Below are positions 27,456 through 36,991 of a DNA stretch of 64,000 nucleotides, piece after piece. A program made the translations under genes and the position numbers. The notes beneath the pieces are model-generated. The model ran no database searches, had not been told where the DNA came from, and saw only the letters and a list, made by a program, of their open reading frames with translations. How positions within the stretch are numbered: position 1 is the stretch's first letter; each line of letters opens with the position of its first letter. The DNA comes from a virus. The stretch covers positions 32,001 to 96,000 of IMG/VR virus record IMGVR_UViG_3300027985_000286; one strand, given 5' to 3'.

Positions 27456-29336
27456 ATGGCAACAAACAGCAAAGATACAGACGTTCCACGTCAAGATATG
27501 GTTGACGAGAAGAACGCGAACATTACTCAATCCAAACTAGGCCAGTTCCTAAGCAGGGCTAGAGCAATCCAAGTTGCGCTAGATGTACGCCTTAAGCAAG
27601 GTGATGAGCTAGTTCAGTTCTTGCAGAAGAAGTTAGAGGATAATCTCAAGGCTCAGCTAACAGATAGTCTGGTTATTCGTCGCCAGTCTGTTAGAGAAAT
27701 GAGGACTATTAAAAATCAGATCTACCAAGGAAACCTTTCTCTATCCGAAAAGAACAGGGACGTGTTTGCTGGACTCTACAATAGAGCCATTGAAGAATCG
27801 GTAAAGAGTAACAGCATCCTTGCCAAGACCGCTAGCGATTTTGTCTCGAGCGTTAAGGGCAACCTTCCGTCGATGGACACAATATTGTCTGCCGTGTCGG
27901 TTGCTAACCCTGTTGTTGGTTTTGGATTGAGGCTGACAAAGGACCTGATTGGTAGCGCAAGGAACAGAAAGAGAGCATTTGAAGAAGAGCGTAAGAAGAC
28001 ACTTGAGAACCTAGAGGATGAGGCTAGGAAGACTAGCCTAGAGGACAAAGCTGCACAAAAGCAGCTTGACAATGAAGAGGCCCAAGAAGAAAAGGATAAG
28101 AAGGGTGACGGTGATATTGTCACCATGTCCGATAAATCTGTCAGTGACCTAAACGCACCTTCAGACGAGTGGCTCCAAAAGATTTACACGTCAATAGAGC
28201 AGATTAAAGAGCATACTCTTGATTTGCTAGGCAGACCGGAAGACATCAAGACTGACGATCCCCTAGATCTTCTAAGAGAGTCGCTACAGAACGATGGTAC
28301 AGTTAAGATTGATACTGCAGACCTCCTAAATGCTCAGGAAGACCTTAAGGGAGAGATTGAAAAGGTAGCGGACAACACGGGTGACATTCTCAGTATTAAC
28401 GAGGAGGAGCAACGTGATAACGAATCAGAAAGACTTCAGACCATCGAAGACAAGAGGGAAGATAAGTCGCTTGGGGTGGGCACAGAGAAGATCGCAGAAG
28501 AGGGCAAAGGGAAACTTGGGTCTATTGTATCTGGCATCACAGGAATGCTTCTGGGTCGCGGTGGCCTCGGTATGCTCTTGGGTCTTGCTGGTGCTATCAT
28601 TGGCACTATCATTTCTGTATTGACAGGCTTTGTTGGTCTAGCTGCATACATCCCTGGTATCGCTGTAGTTGGTGCGGCTTTTGCTGCAGCTAAGTCATTC
28701 TTTGACGGGTGGACAGATGCGGCTGCGATTCTTGGAAAACCAGAGAACCAGATTGACTTCGGCGATAAAATTGCTGCTGGTCTCGGTTCTATTGGTGGTT
28801 TGGTTGGTAGTCTCCTTGATATGATTACGTCTGCGTTTGGTTTTGACACTAACCTAGAGGAAGGAATCAAAGATTTCAGCGCCAAGTTTGTAGCAGAGTT
28901 GATTGATGACGTTGAGAGTCTTCTAAAATCTGCTGTTAGCGGTGCGACAGAGTTCTTTGGCAAGCTAGGTGAAACCATTGATAAGGTAATCGAATGGGCT
29001 AAAGAAAAGACCAAAGAGTACCTGCCGGATTTCATGTATGACTGGATGTGGGGCAACTCAAGCGATGTCAACATTGGAGAAGGGTTTACTCCTGGTGGGA
29101 GTGATGTGCAGATGGGAGAGGTTGCACCTTCTGCTAGGGTGTCTAGAGCAGAGGCGCTCAACAGCGCAGTTGAAAGAGCTAAAGCCCAAGGAGCGGCCGT
29201 GCCTACTGTAGTGGCACCCAGCCAGACTACAGTCGACAACTCTAGAAGCACTGTGATCAATGTTCCTAGGAGTGTGCGCAACGACGACAGGACTCTAGAC
29301 AGAATAGAGCGCCAGACTGCGAATGGCGGCTGGTAG
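27456..29336 (+). CDS. Tape measure / baseplate hub protein (gp29-like)
   Basis: 626 aa, helical/coiled-coil with G/A-rich hydrophobic centre; located between gp51 and gp48. Confidence 0.65.
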   Translation: MATNSKDTDVPRQDMVDEKNANITQSKLGQFLSRARAIQVALDVRLKQGDELVQFLQKKLEDNLKAQLTDSLVIRRQSVREMRTIKNQIYQGNLSLSEKNRDVFAGLYNRAIEESVKSNSILAKTASDFVSSVKGNLPSMDTILSAVSVANPVVGFGLRLTKDLIGSARNRKRAFEEERKKTLENLEDEARKTSLEDKAAQKQLDNEEAQEEKDKKGDGDIVTMSDKSVSDLNAPSDEWLQKIYTSIEQIKEHTLDLLGRPEDIKTDDPLDLLRESLQNDGTVKIDTADLLNAQEDLKGEIEKVADNTGDILSINEEEQRDNESERLQTIEDKREDKSLGVGTEKIAEEGKGKLGSIVSGITGMLLGRGGLGMLLGLAGAIIGTIISVLTGFVGLAAYIPGIAVVGAAFAAAKSFFDGWTDAAAILGKPENQIDFGDKIAAGLGSIGGLVGSLLDMITSAFGFDTNLEEGIKDFSAKFVAELIDDVESLLKSAVSGATEFFGKLGETIDKVIEWAKEKTKEYLPDFMYDWMWGNSSDVNIGEGFTPGGSDVQMGEVAPSARVSRAEALNSAVERAKAQGAAVPTVVAPSQTTVDNSRSTVINVPRSVRNDDRTLDRIERQTANGGW

Positions 29337-29414
29337 AGCGCGATACGTAAATAGTAGCATTGCTAGTACACGTCAGAAAAAGAACCGCTTAGAACGCGTC
29401 TTAGAGGGTCACAG

Positions 29415-30311
29415 GTGGCTAACCAAACACAAGCACTAAACGATAAGGCTAAGAGAAACCCTTACCTGAAGACCTCACTCAAGTATCCTTTGGACGTTGA
29501 GACTGAAGGGCAAGGTCATATCATTCTATTCAACATCAATGTGGTGTCTGGTACTAAGTTTGCAAACACCACATCCAATATCCAGAATCCAGGACCTGTA
29601 GTTCAAAGACCAGGATCTAACTCCCTAAGGTCTAGAACGTCCCTGGATAGGAACACAAAGCGAATTGACACGTCGATTGCTTTGCACTTACCTCTCAACC
29701 TTACCTTCAACTACATGCAGGATTGGAGCGAGAGTGAGATGGGTGCTGCAGCTAGAGCATACGACTTCGTCTCTAACTGGGACCAGCTTACCTTATCTCA
29801 GGTGTGGGAGTCGTTCAAGACAAGTGGTGGTAACATCCTTGCGAGTATGCTCCAGCAGCTAAGCCCTATCAATGCAAGAGACTTGCTAGATTTCGAACGG
29901 GGTCAGATTAAGAACCCGTACAAAGAGCTTCTCTTCGGTGGTACTAAGAACCGCGCGTTTAACTTTCAGTTCAAGTTCACACCAAGGAACGCAGAAGAGA
30001 CAAAGCAGGTAAAAGATATCTGCAAACAGTTCAAGCTACACCAGGCGCCAGAGTTTGTTGGAACTCTCGGTAACGCATATATCTTATACCCGTCAGAGTT
30101 TGATATTAGTTTCATTAAGAAAGATGGTACGAGGAATGAATGGATTAACAAGATATCAACGTGTGCGCTAACAAGCTGCGAGATTATATACGGAGATGAG
30201 GGAGGGTATCAAATCCATGAAGACGAGTCTCCGGTAGAGATCGCACTGAATCTTGCGTTCATGGAAATGGAAGCTTTGTCCAAGGCAAGAATTGAGCAGG
30301 AGGACTTCTAA
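29415..30311 (+). CDS. 48: Baseplate tail tube cap (gp48)
   Basis: LKYP, NPYKELLF, R.FNFQFKFTPRNAEE, YPSEFDI, L.F.E. Confidence 0.85.
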   Translation: MANQTQALNDKAKRNPYLKTSLKYPLDVETEGQGHIILFNINVVSGTKFANTTSNIQNPGPVVQRPGSNSLRSRTSLDRNTKRIDTSIALHLPLNLTFNYMQDWSESEMGAAARAYDFVSNWDQLTLSQVWESFKTSGGNILASMLQQLSPINARDLLDFERGQIKNPYKELLFGGTKNRAFNFQFKFTPRNAEETKQVKDICKQFKLHQAPEFVGTLGNAYILYPSEFDISFIKKDGTRNEWINKISTCALTSCEIIYGDEGGYQIHEDESPVEIALNLAFMEMEALSKARIEQEDF

Positions 30312-30781
30312 TGAGCTACTTCTTACCCTTTCCGATGGTAAGCTTTGACGGTACACAAATGCCGGACATTACTGTCTCAACTATCATTTCTAGTTACGGC
30401 AGAGATAGCTTCTTTGAGTATACGGTCCAAGACGATGAAACCCCTGAGATGCTAGCTCATAGGCTGTACCGTAATTCTGAGTATGCTAGCTTTATTCTCA
30501 TGATGAATGATATTGTTGACCCTTACGAAGAGTGGCCTCTTAATTCAGAGGCTCTCAACCAAGTTGTTGCAGATAACTACATTGACCCCTACAGTATTCA
30601 CCACTACGAAACTCTGATGGGAAACATTGTCTCAGAGACCTACCCAGAGTTTGACCGTATTCCTGTTACCAACTTAGAGTACGAGACTAGGAAGAACGAT
30701 GCTAAGAGAGATATCTTCCTGCTGGTTCCAGACTTAATTGCTTCTTTTGCCGAGCAGCATAAGGCTCTTCTGAAGGTGTAG
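30311..30781 (+). CDS. 53: Baseplate wedge subunit (gp53, LysM-like)
   Basis: MSYF..FP, YTVQDDETPE.LA..LY, NDIVDPYEEWP, IHHYE, EYE...N..KR. Confidence 0.9.
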   Translation: MSYFLPFPMVSFDGTQMPDITVSTIISSYGRDSFFEYTVQDDETPEMLAHRLYRNSEYASFILMMNDIVDPYEEWPLNSEALNQVVADNYIDPYSIHHYETLMGNIVSETYPEFDRIPVTNLEYETRKNDAKRDIFLLVPDLIASFAEQHKALLKV

Positions 30782-30782
30782 T

Positions 30783-32063
30783 ATGAACGAAATCCAGCAA
30801 GACAGAAAGTTTAGAGGTCAGTATACCATATCTAAGGTGTCTTTGATCACGCACCAAGGAGTTGAAGCTGACCTGCTGCATGTCTTTACTGAAATCAACA
30901 TATACGAAGACATCTTCTCAACCTCTCTGTCTGGTAATATCTCAATATACGATTCAATCAACCTGATTTCGAATTTACCAATCGTGGGTGGCGAAACACT
31001 AGAGCTTGAGTGGTCTACGTCAGCCAAAGAAGATACCCCTATTAAGAAAACCATGGTTGTGCATCGTATTGGTGACAAGATACCTCAGAAAGAACGTGTG
31101 CGCTCTTACACGCTATACTTCGTTACCCCAGAAGCCTTCATGAACCAACAGGTTCAGCTGATTAAGTCATATACGGGTACGCCATCCAAGATCATTGAAG
31201 ACATCTTTTACAAAGACGCGTTTCCTGATACAACCAAGCCTATTGTTGTTGAGAAGACAAAGAACATTCATTCTCTTGTATCCTGTCACTGGAACCCGTT
31301 TAAGGCGTTTACGTACCTAGCCAAGAGAGCAGTATCAATCGAAGGTAAAACTGCGTACCTGTTTTACGAGAGTCTGTATGGGTTTAATTTTAGATCTCTT
31401 GAGACGTTGTTTGAGCAAGAACCTTCTGTCAAGTACCAAAGAATCCTTGCAGTCAACGCCAACAATTTTAGCTCTGATGAGTTCAAGGAACGATTTAGCC
31501 ACGTAGAGTCTTTCTTGATTGGTGAGAGCGGACAGGTACTGGACATGGTGAACAGAGGTGCCTTTGGTCATACATGGGTGTATGTTGATGTATTCAACAA
31601 ACGCATTGATAAGAAACCCTACGTGTACGATTCAGACTTTAATAAGACCAAGCACGTAGAACAATACCCCTTCTATCCAGATAACGTTCAGTGGTTAGGT
31701 GACGAGAAGTCAAATAGGTACATGAGTGTGATTCACCCAGGGTCTACAATCGCCAACAATACGATGGCTGGTCAACTCCAGTATGGAAAACGATTGGCAA
31801 TCCTTAACCAGTTGTCTATGGTTGAAGAAACTATTGAAGTGGCAGGTGACAGTGAAATGTTCGTCGGCAACGTTGCTGAGTTCGACCCACCATCACCAGA
31901 GAGTATGGATACCCAATTCAAGAGAGAGCGGTACTACTCTGGTAAATCTTTGGTGACTGCAATCAGACACCAGTTGACTAAGACAGGCTACAAGATGTTT
32001 CTGACTCTCGCTAAAGACTCGTTGAGTGACGACCCAGCAATCGGAGGAAAAGATGCTACCTGA
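30783..32063 (+). CDS. Baseplate hub protein (gp27-like)
   Basis: INIYEDIF..SLSG.I...D, LFYES..GFNF.S, YSGK.LVTAIRH; directly upstream of gp5. Confidence 0.7.
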   Translation: MNEIQQDRKFRGQYTISKVSLITHQGVEADLLHVFTEINIYEDIFSTSLSGNISIYDSINLISNLPIVGGETLELEWSTSAKEDTPIKKTMVVHRIGDKIPQKERVRSYTLYFVTPEAFMNQQVQLIKSYTGTPSKIIEDIFYKDAFPDTTKPIVVEKTKNIHSLVSCHWNPFKAFTYLAKRAVSIEGKTAYLFYESLYGFNFRSLETLFEQEPSVKYQRILAVNANNFSSDEFKERFSHVESFLIGESGQVLDMVNRGAFGHTWVYVDVFNKRIDKKPYVYDSDFNKTKHVEQYPFYPDNVQWLGDEKSNRYMSVIHPGSTIANNTMAGQLQYGKRLAILNQLSMVEETIEVAGDSEMFVGNVAEFDPPSPESMDTQFKRERYYSGKSLVTAIRHQLTKTGYKMFLTLAKDSLSDDPAIGGKDAT

Positions 32064-32895
32064 TATGAAATGGTTTTTGGGTGTCGTTGAGGATATATCT
32101 GATCCTGAGAAGATGGACCGCGTGCGCGTGCGCATAGCAGGGTACCATACAGAGAATAAAGCTCAACTCCCTACAAGTGGGTTGCAGTGGGCAATTGTAA
32201 TGGACCCGACAACCTCAGCAGCGGTGTCAGGGGTGGGTCAGTCTCACGCCTTGGTGTGTGGTTCTTGGGTTATGGGAATATTCCTTGACGGTGAGGATAT
32301 GCAACAGCCTGCAGTCATGTTCTCTATGAAAGGAAAGCCTCAGATTAAGTACCCTACTAGTCAAGGGTTTTCAGATCCTAACGGAGAGTTCCCTAGGTAT
32401 ACTGGAGAGCCAGACACCAATAGGCTTGCCAGGAACGAAGGTTCTACCATTGTTTCTTCCAAGAACAGTACGCGCAAAACAGGTGTACAAGGAGTGTCTG
32501 GAGACTGGAGTGAGCCTGCATCACCTTACGCTGCTCAGTACCCGTACAATAAGGTAAAAGAGACTCCATCCGGTCATATTCAAGAGTTTGATGATACCCC
32601 AGGTGCTGAAAGAGTTCATACATATCATAGAACAGGAACCTATGATGAAATGCAACCTGACGGGTCTAGAGTAGAGAAGGTTATCAAGGATCATTACACT
32701 GTGGTACTAGGTGACGATAGAATGTACGTGGGTGGTAAGGTTCAAATCTATGTAGACGGTGACGCTGAGATTATCACCGGTGGCGATATCAATGCAGTAT
32801 CGCAGCAAAACGTATCAATATCAGCATCCGGTGAAATGAGACTACACGCTGATGGCAGAATGTGGCTAACAGCCGAAAGGATTGACCTCAACTAA
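32053..32895 (+). CDS. 5: Baseplate central spike gp5 (OB fold + beta-helix, no lysozyme domain)
   Basis: WFLGVVED..DP...RVRVR..G.H, YPYN...T.SGH..EFDDTPGAER...H.TGT; only about 280 aa. Confidence 0.9.
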   Translation: MLPDMKWFLGVVEDISDPEKMDRVRVRIAGYHTENKAQLPTSGLQWAIVMDPTTSAAVSGVGQSHALVCGSWVMGIFLDGEDMQQPAVMFSMKGKPQIKYPTSQGFSDPNGEFPRYTGEPDTNRLARNEGSTIVSSKNSTRKTGVQGVSGDWSEPASPYAAQYPYNKVKETPSGHIQEFDDTPGAERVHTYHRTGTYDEMQPDGSRVEKVIKDHYTVVLGDDRMYVGGKVQIYVDGDAEIITGGDINAVSQQNVSISASGEMRLHADGRMWLTAERIDLN

Positions 32896-33968
32896 TGGCA
32901 CGCACAGAAAGGTTCCAAGACCCAAACACTGCGGGTGGATATGTTGTCTCTATCCCTCAAGGTACTGTCTACGTCAACGGGTTGTTGGCATCTGTTGACG
33001 GTTCTTTAGTATCACCAGATGCAGAGTGCCACGACAATAACGTGCACTGTTCTCCTGATACGGCGAATGGTGGCCCGACAGTATTCGTTGAAGGCATTCC
33101 CTTGAATAAAGCAGGTGACTTGGATACCTGCGGTCACCCTAGAGATGCTGGGTCCCCTGACGTGTTCAATGATTCTTTCCAAGGGGCAGGTGCTTTGATT
33201 GACAGCAACCCACCTTACCATAAAGACCCTCCTACAGGTGGTCAGCCAACACCACCTGATGCGTACGTCACCAACACTGCAGCGGATGTGCATGTCATAG
33301 AAAATAACGATGACCCGGATGGAACCTTAGCTGGTCCTCCAGAGCTCACTGATACCAAGCCAGTAGAAAAGAAGGAAGAAGAGGATAAGCCAGTGGACAA
33401 AGAAACTCCGGTATTGAACTGCTCTTCAATAGAACAACTGCCGTCTGATTATTCGTGGGACGATGACGGCGCTCCAAGCTTTGAGACTTGGGCGAGGAAC
33501 TTTCAGCTCTCGCCGCGCTTTACGGTATACGACTTGACTATGGGTACTGCTGTTAGCTCATACACTTTCACAACAGCACCAATCCAGGCTTGTGGGCTGT
33601 CACAGAAGCAAATCCTACAGAACCTTTGCTACCTAGCTAAGAGCGTGCTTGAACCTCTTGTTGACAAGTTCGGGTCTTTTACTCTTACCTCGGTTTTTAG
33701 GAACAAGAGCGATAAGAGTCAGCACAACAAAGGCCAAGCAGCAGATATCCAGTTCCTTAACTTCCATGGGTCGTCAGATACGGGTAAATACTACTTTGAG
33801 CGTGCCAAAGAGATTAGGGACTCAATTCAGTTTGACCAGCTTATTCTGGAATGGTTTGGTCGCAACCCATGGATTCACATCAGCTCTAACTCTTCAGGCA
33901 ACAGGGGTTCGGTACTAACTCAAACCGGTTCTAGCAGCTACTCACCAGGGCTAATGAGACTAGGATAA
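32895..33968 (+). CDS. PAAR spike-tip domain fused to peptidase M15-like domain
   Basis: N-term VYVNG...H...TVFVEG.P....GD...CGH...GSPDVF; Pro/acidic linker; C-term TS.FR...SQH..GQAAD...DQLILE...WIHIS. Confidence 0.8.
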   Translation: MARTERFQDPNTAGGYVVSIPQGTVYVNGLLASVDGSLVSPDAECHDNNVHCSPDTANGGPTVFVEGIPLNKAGDLDTCGHPRDAGSPDVFNDSFQGAGALIDSNPPYHKDPPTGGQPTPPDAYVTNTAADVHVIENNDDPDGTLAGPPELTDTKPVEKKEEEDKPVDKETPVLNCSSIEQLPSDYSWDDDGAPSFETWARNFQLSPRFTVYDLTMGTAVSSYTFTTAPIQACGLSQKQILQNLCYLAKSVLEPLVDKFGSFTLTSVFRNKSDKSQHNKGQAADIQFLNFHGSSDTGKYYFERAKEIRDSIQFDQLILEWFGRNPWIHISSNSSGNRGSVLTQTGSSSYSPGLMRLG

Positions 33969-33971
33969 TAA

Positions 33972-34355
33972 ATGAAAACACCTGCATTCACATACAGAGA
34001 CCTAGACTTTAACTTCATCAGTCACCCCATCACAGGTGATGTGTCTACCAAGATTGATATTGGTGATGTGCAGCAATCTGTTAGAAACTTGGTCCTCACC
34101 AGTTACTACGAGAGAGGGTTTGCGGTTCACATTGGAAGTTCCATCCCTAAGCTTCTGTTTGAGCTGGCATCCCCTACCATCAACGTTGAGATCGAGGAAG
34201 AGATTAAAGCCTTGATTAACAACTTCGAGCCTAGAGTTGACCTTGTGTCAGTTACATCTGGATTTGACGACTACTACCTCAACATCATAATCAAATTCAA
34301 CATCCTCAATAACGATACCGTAAGGGACGTGTTTATCAAGCTTGAAAGACCTTGA
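33972..34355 (+). CDS. 25: Baseplate wedge subunit (gp25)
   Basis: YRDLD..F..HP, SVRNLVLT...ER, LLFE, NFEPRV. Confidence 0.92.
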   Translation: MKTPAFTYRDLDFNFISHPITGDVSTKIDIGDVQQSVRNLVLTSYYERGFAVHIGSSIPKLLFELASPTINVEIEEEIKALINNFEPRVDLVSVTSGFDDYYLNIIIKFNILNNDTVRDVFIKLERP

Positions 34356-34388
34356 CATAAATAGAAAAAATCAAAGAGGTAACTTTTC

Positions 34389-36155
34389 ATGACAACGAAT
34401 TTTGATACTGGCGTCCCTTCGCTTGACCCGTCTGTTATCAAGGCTTCACTAAGAGAATTCCTTAAAGGCCAGTCAGAGTTCTCTTCGTACAACTTTGAAG
34501 GTTCTGCTTTGTCGACAATCCTTGATCTGTTGACTAAGAACACCCATTACCTGGCCTTTGTTGCTAACATGCTTGCTCGCGAATCGTTCTTGGGTAGAGC
34601 ACAACTACGCAGAAACGTGGTAGAGCACGCTCAGAGGTTGTCTTACCGCCCTGGATCAAAAACCTGTTCGACAATTGAGGTAACGGTTGTCATTACGCCT
34701 GCTTCTGGAACAACTGTATTTCCAACCTTTATCACCATGTCCCCGAATACGCAGTTTTCTGGTCAGTATGATACTGAGGTTGTGCACTTCACGAATCAGG
34801 AAGAGTATACGCTATACAAGAATACAGATAACACTTACTCTCATTCTGGTGTAATCCTAAAGCAAGGTGACCTTGTCAACGAGACGTTCACTGTCACGAG
34901 TGATTCAAGGTTTGTGATTTCCAACCCAAACATTGATGTGTCTACTTTGCGCGTTACTGTTCAAAACAGCGCTACAGATACAAACCTAGTACCATTCACA
35001 GAAGCTACGTCTATCGTAGATGTTGGTCCTACAAGCACCGTCTATTTCCTATATGAGGACGATGATGAGAAGTTCCGTATTGAGTTCGGTGACGATGTTC
35101 TAGGAAAGAGTCTGAGCATTGGTAACGTAGTGAACGTTGAGTACATGGCTGTGAATTCTGACACCATTGCTAATGGCATTGATGCTCTTACGATGATTTC
35201 TGACATTGACGGTTTCGTTGACGCGGCTGTTACTCCAGACTCCCCTGCTTACGGTGGATCAGAAAGAGAGACTATTGAGCAGATTAGACGTTGGGCCCCT
35301 CTAGGCTGGGAGTCTCAAGACCGGTCGGTTACTGAGAGTGATTACGTTGTCAACCTAATGCGGTTATTCCCGCAGGCTAAGTCAGCTATCAGCTGGGGTG
35401 GTGAGGATAACGACCCACCCATGTACGGTAGCGTCTACATTGCAGTGAATACGAAAGACGGCTTGCCGTTGGTCGATAACGTTAAAGAAGCAATTAAGGC
35501 GCTTCTCAAAAAGACCAACGTTGGTTCGATTACACCCATCATCGTTGACCCAGATTACGGCGACCTTGATCTGAGTGTGTCTGTTGCTTACGACTCTACT
35601 AAGAGCTTAGGCTCTATGGCAGACGAGTTTAATGCAGTGTCCTTGATCTGTGTTTCGTACTCAGCTGACTACCTTGAAGATTTCAACCGTAATTTCATTA
35701 ACTCTGATCTTGTCGCAAAAGTGAAGGCTAGACCTGCAGTAGTGTCTTGCGATATTACCACCACTCTTACCAAAAAGGTTACTGTGGTAGAGGGTATTGA
35801 AGGTAGGTACATCGTTAAGTTCAATAACCCTATCACGGAAGGGAGCGTTGATGGTACTGGGTTTGCTGTCCTTCCCAATAGCACAGATACCAGATTGTAC
35901 GATGATGGCGCAGGAACGCTTCTAATTGATAGATTGGACGGTGGTGTTAGAAAGGTTATAGTAGAGAACGCAGGTACCGTTGACTACACTACCGGAGAGG
36001 TAGATGTCACGTTCTACCCAATCTCTGTGACAGACACAGACTCCACCGTTAGCATCACGGTTACCCCTTCTGATACTAACATCCTGGCTGTTCAGAAGGA
36101 TATCTTAAGAATCAACAGCGTAGGCGTAACAGAAAACACGAAGCTTAGGAGATGA
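34389..36155 (+). CDS. 6: Baseplate wedge subunit (gp6)
   Basis: LKGQSEFSSYNFEGS.LS.ILD.L..NTHY, IEFGD, Q.R.VT..DY, WGGEDN.PP.YG. Confidence 0.93.
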   Translation: MTTNFDTGVPSLDPSVIKASLREFLKGQSEFSSYNFEGSALSTILDLLTKNTHYLAFVANMLARESFLGRAQLRRNVVEHAQRLSYRPGSKTCSTIEVTVVITPASGTTVFPTFITMSPNTQFSGQYDTEVVHFTNQEEYTLYKNTDNTYSHSGVILKQGDLVNETFTVTSDSRFVISNPNIDVSTLRVTVQNSATDTNLVPFTEATSIVDVGPTSTVYFLYEDDDEKFRIEFGDDVLGKSLSIGNVVNVEYMAVNSDTIANGIDALTMISDIDGFVDAAVTPDSPAYGGSERETIEQIRRWAPLGWESQDRSVTESDYVVNLMRLFPQAKSAISWGGEDNDPPMYGSVYIAVNTKDGLPLVDNVKEAIKALLKKTNVGSITPIIVDPDYGDLDLSVSVAYDSTKSLGSMADEFNAVSLICVSYSADYLEDFNRNFINSDLVAKVKARPAVVSCDITTTLTKKVTVVEGIEGRYIVKFNNPITEGSVDGTGFAVLPNSTDTRLYDDGAGTLLIDRLDGGVRKVIVENAGTVDYTTGEVDVTFYPISVTDTDSTVSITVTPSDTNILAVQKDILRINSVGVTENTKLRR

Positions 36156-36204
36156 AATCGTCTTAAATATCAATAGCTATTCTTAGGATATTAGGGACGA
36201 ATCA

Positions 36205-36621
36205 ATGACATTCTGGGACTTCCTGTGGACTTTTTGGACCAACGATGGTTGGTTGTTTTCATTTATCTTCATACTATTCATTGCCTTTGTTAAGATCTTC
36301 AACTTTGTAAAGCTTGCTCTTCTTGTTAGACACCTCCCTGATGAAAGAACCAGGCAGGATATGAAGAACACCTTCGACGAGCTCAGGATTGCGAATACAC
36401 TAGCTAGGAATGAAATCGAGAACCTGCACAACCGAGTAATGGATACAAAGACGTTACTTGGAGAATTAAATAGTGACATAGCCGAGCTCAACCAAAGGAT
36501 AAGCAGAAGCAGAAGACTGCTCGTAGAGAAAAAGAAACTCACCAGTATTGCAAAGGACGACCTGCAAGAGGTGATTGACGTGTTGGACGGTTACAGTGAC
36601 TGGAACAGCGACAACAAGTAA
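36205..36621 (+). CDS. Hypothetical membrane protein (N-terminal TM + coiled coil)
   Basis: Hydrophobic WLFSFIFILFIAFV followed by heptad pattern; TAAATA at 36164. Confidence 0.6.
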   Translation: MTFWDFLWTFWTNDGWLFSFIFILFIAFVKIFNFVKLALLVRHLPDERTRQDMKNTFDELRIANTLARNEIENLHNRVMDTKTLLGELNSDIAELNQRISRSRRLLVEKKKLTSIAKDDLQEVIDVLDGYSDWNSDNK

Positions 36622-36982
36622 CATCACTCAATACAGGGTGGAGCAACTTTCCACCACGATTGAGCACATAGGAAAATCACTTGAGAAACTACAAGAGACG
36701 CAAGGTTCTCTTGTGGAAACTGTTAACCGTCTGTCTGTTCAGATGCAGATGGTGCTAGAAATCAGAAAAACAGTCAGCGAGCACGATAGGTCAATCACTG
36801 AACTGCAAACACGTATGACTGCGATGGAGACTGCGGCTGAATCTATCAAGACACTAACTGCTGCAGTTAACCGACACACTTGGGTTAATCAGCTTGGTAT
36901 CTGGGTAGTGAGTCTCATTGTGTCTTCTTTGTTTGGTCTAGGTGTATGGTTTCTCCAGAACGCCATAGCTAATTCACCATAA
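36575..36982 (+). CDS. Hypothetical coiled-coil protein with C-terminal TM (start uncertain)
   Basis: Long heptad region then GIWVVSLIVSSLFGLGVWFL. Confidence 0.55.
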   Translation: MTCWTVTVTGTATTSNITQYRVEQLSTTIEHIGKSLEKLQETQGSLVETVNRLSVQMQMVLEIRKTVSEHDRSITELQTRMTAMETAAESIKTLTAAVNRHTWVNQLGIWVVSLIVSSLFGLGVWFLQNAIANSP

Positions 36983-36991
36983 GGTCCTAAC

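Noticed and set aside
28436-29281. 281 aa antisense ORF over the tape-measure-like gene
   Set aside because: S/P/L-rich antisense shadow of a bona fide gene
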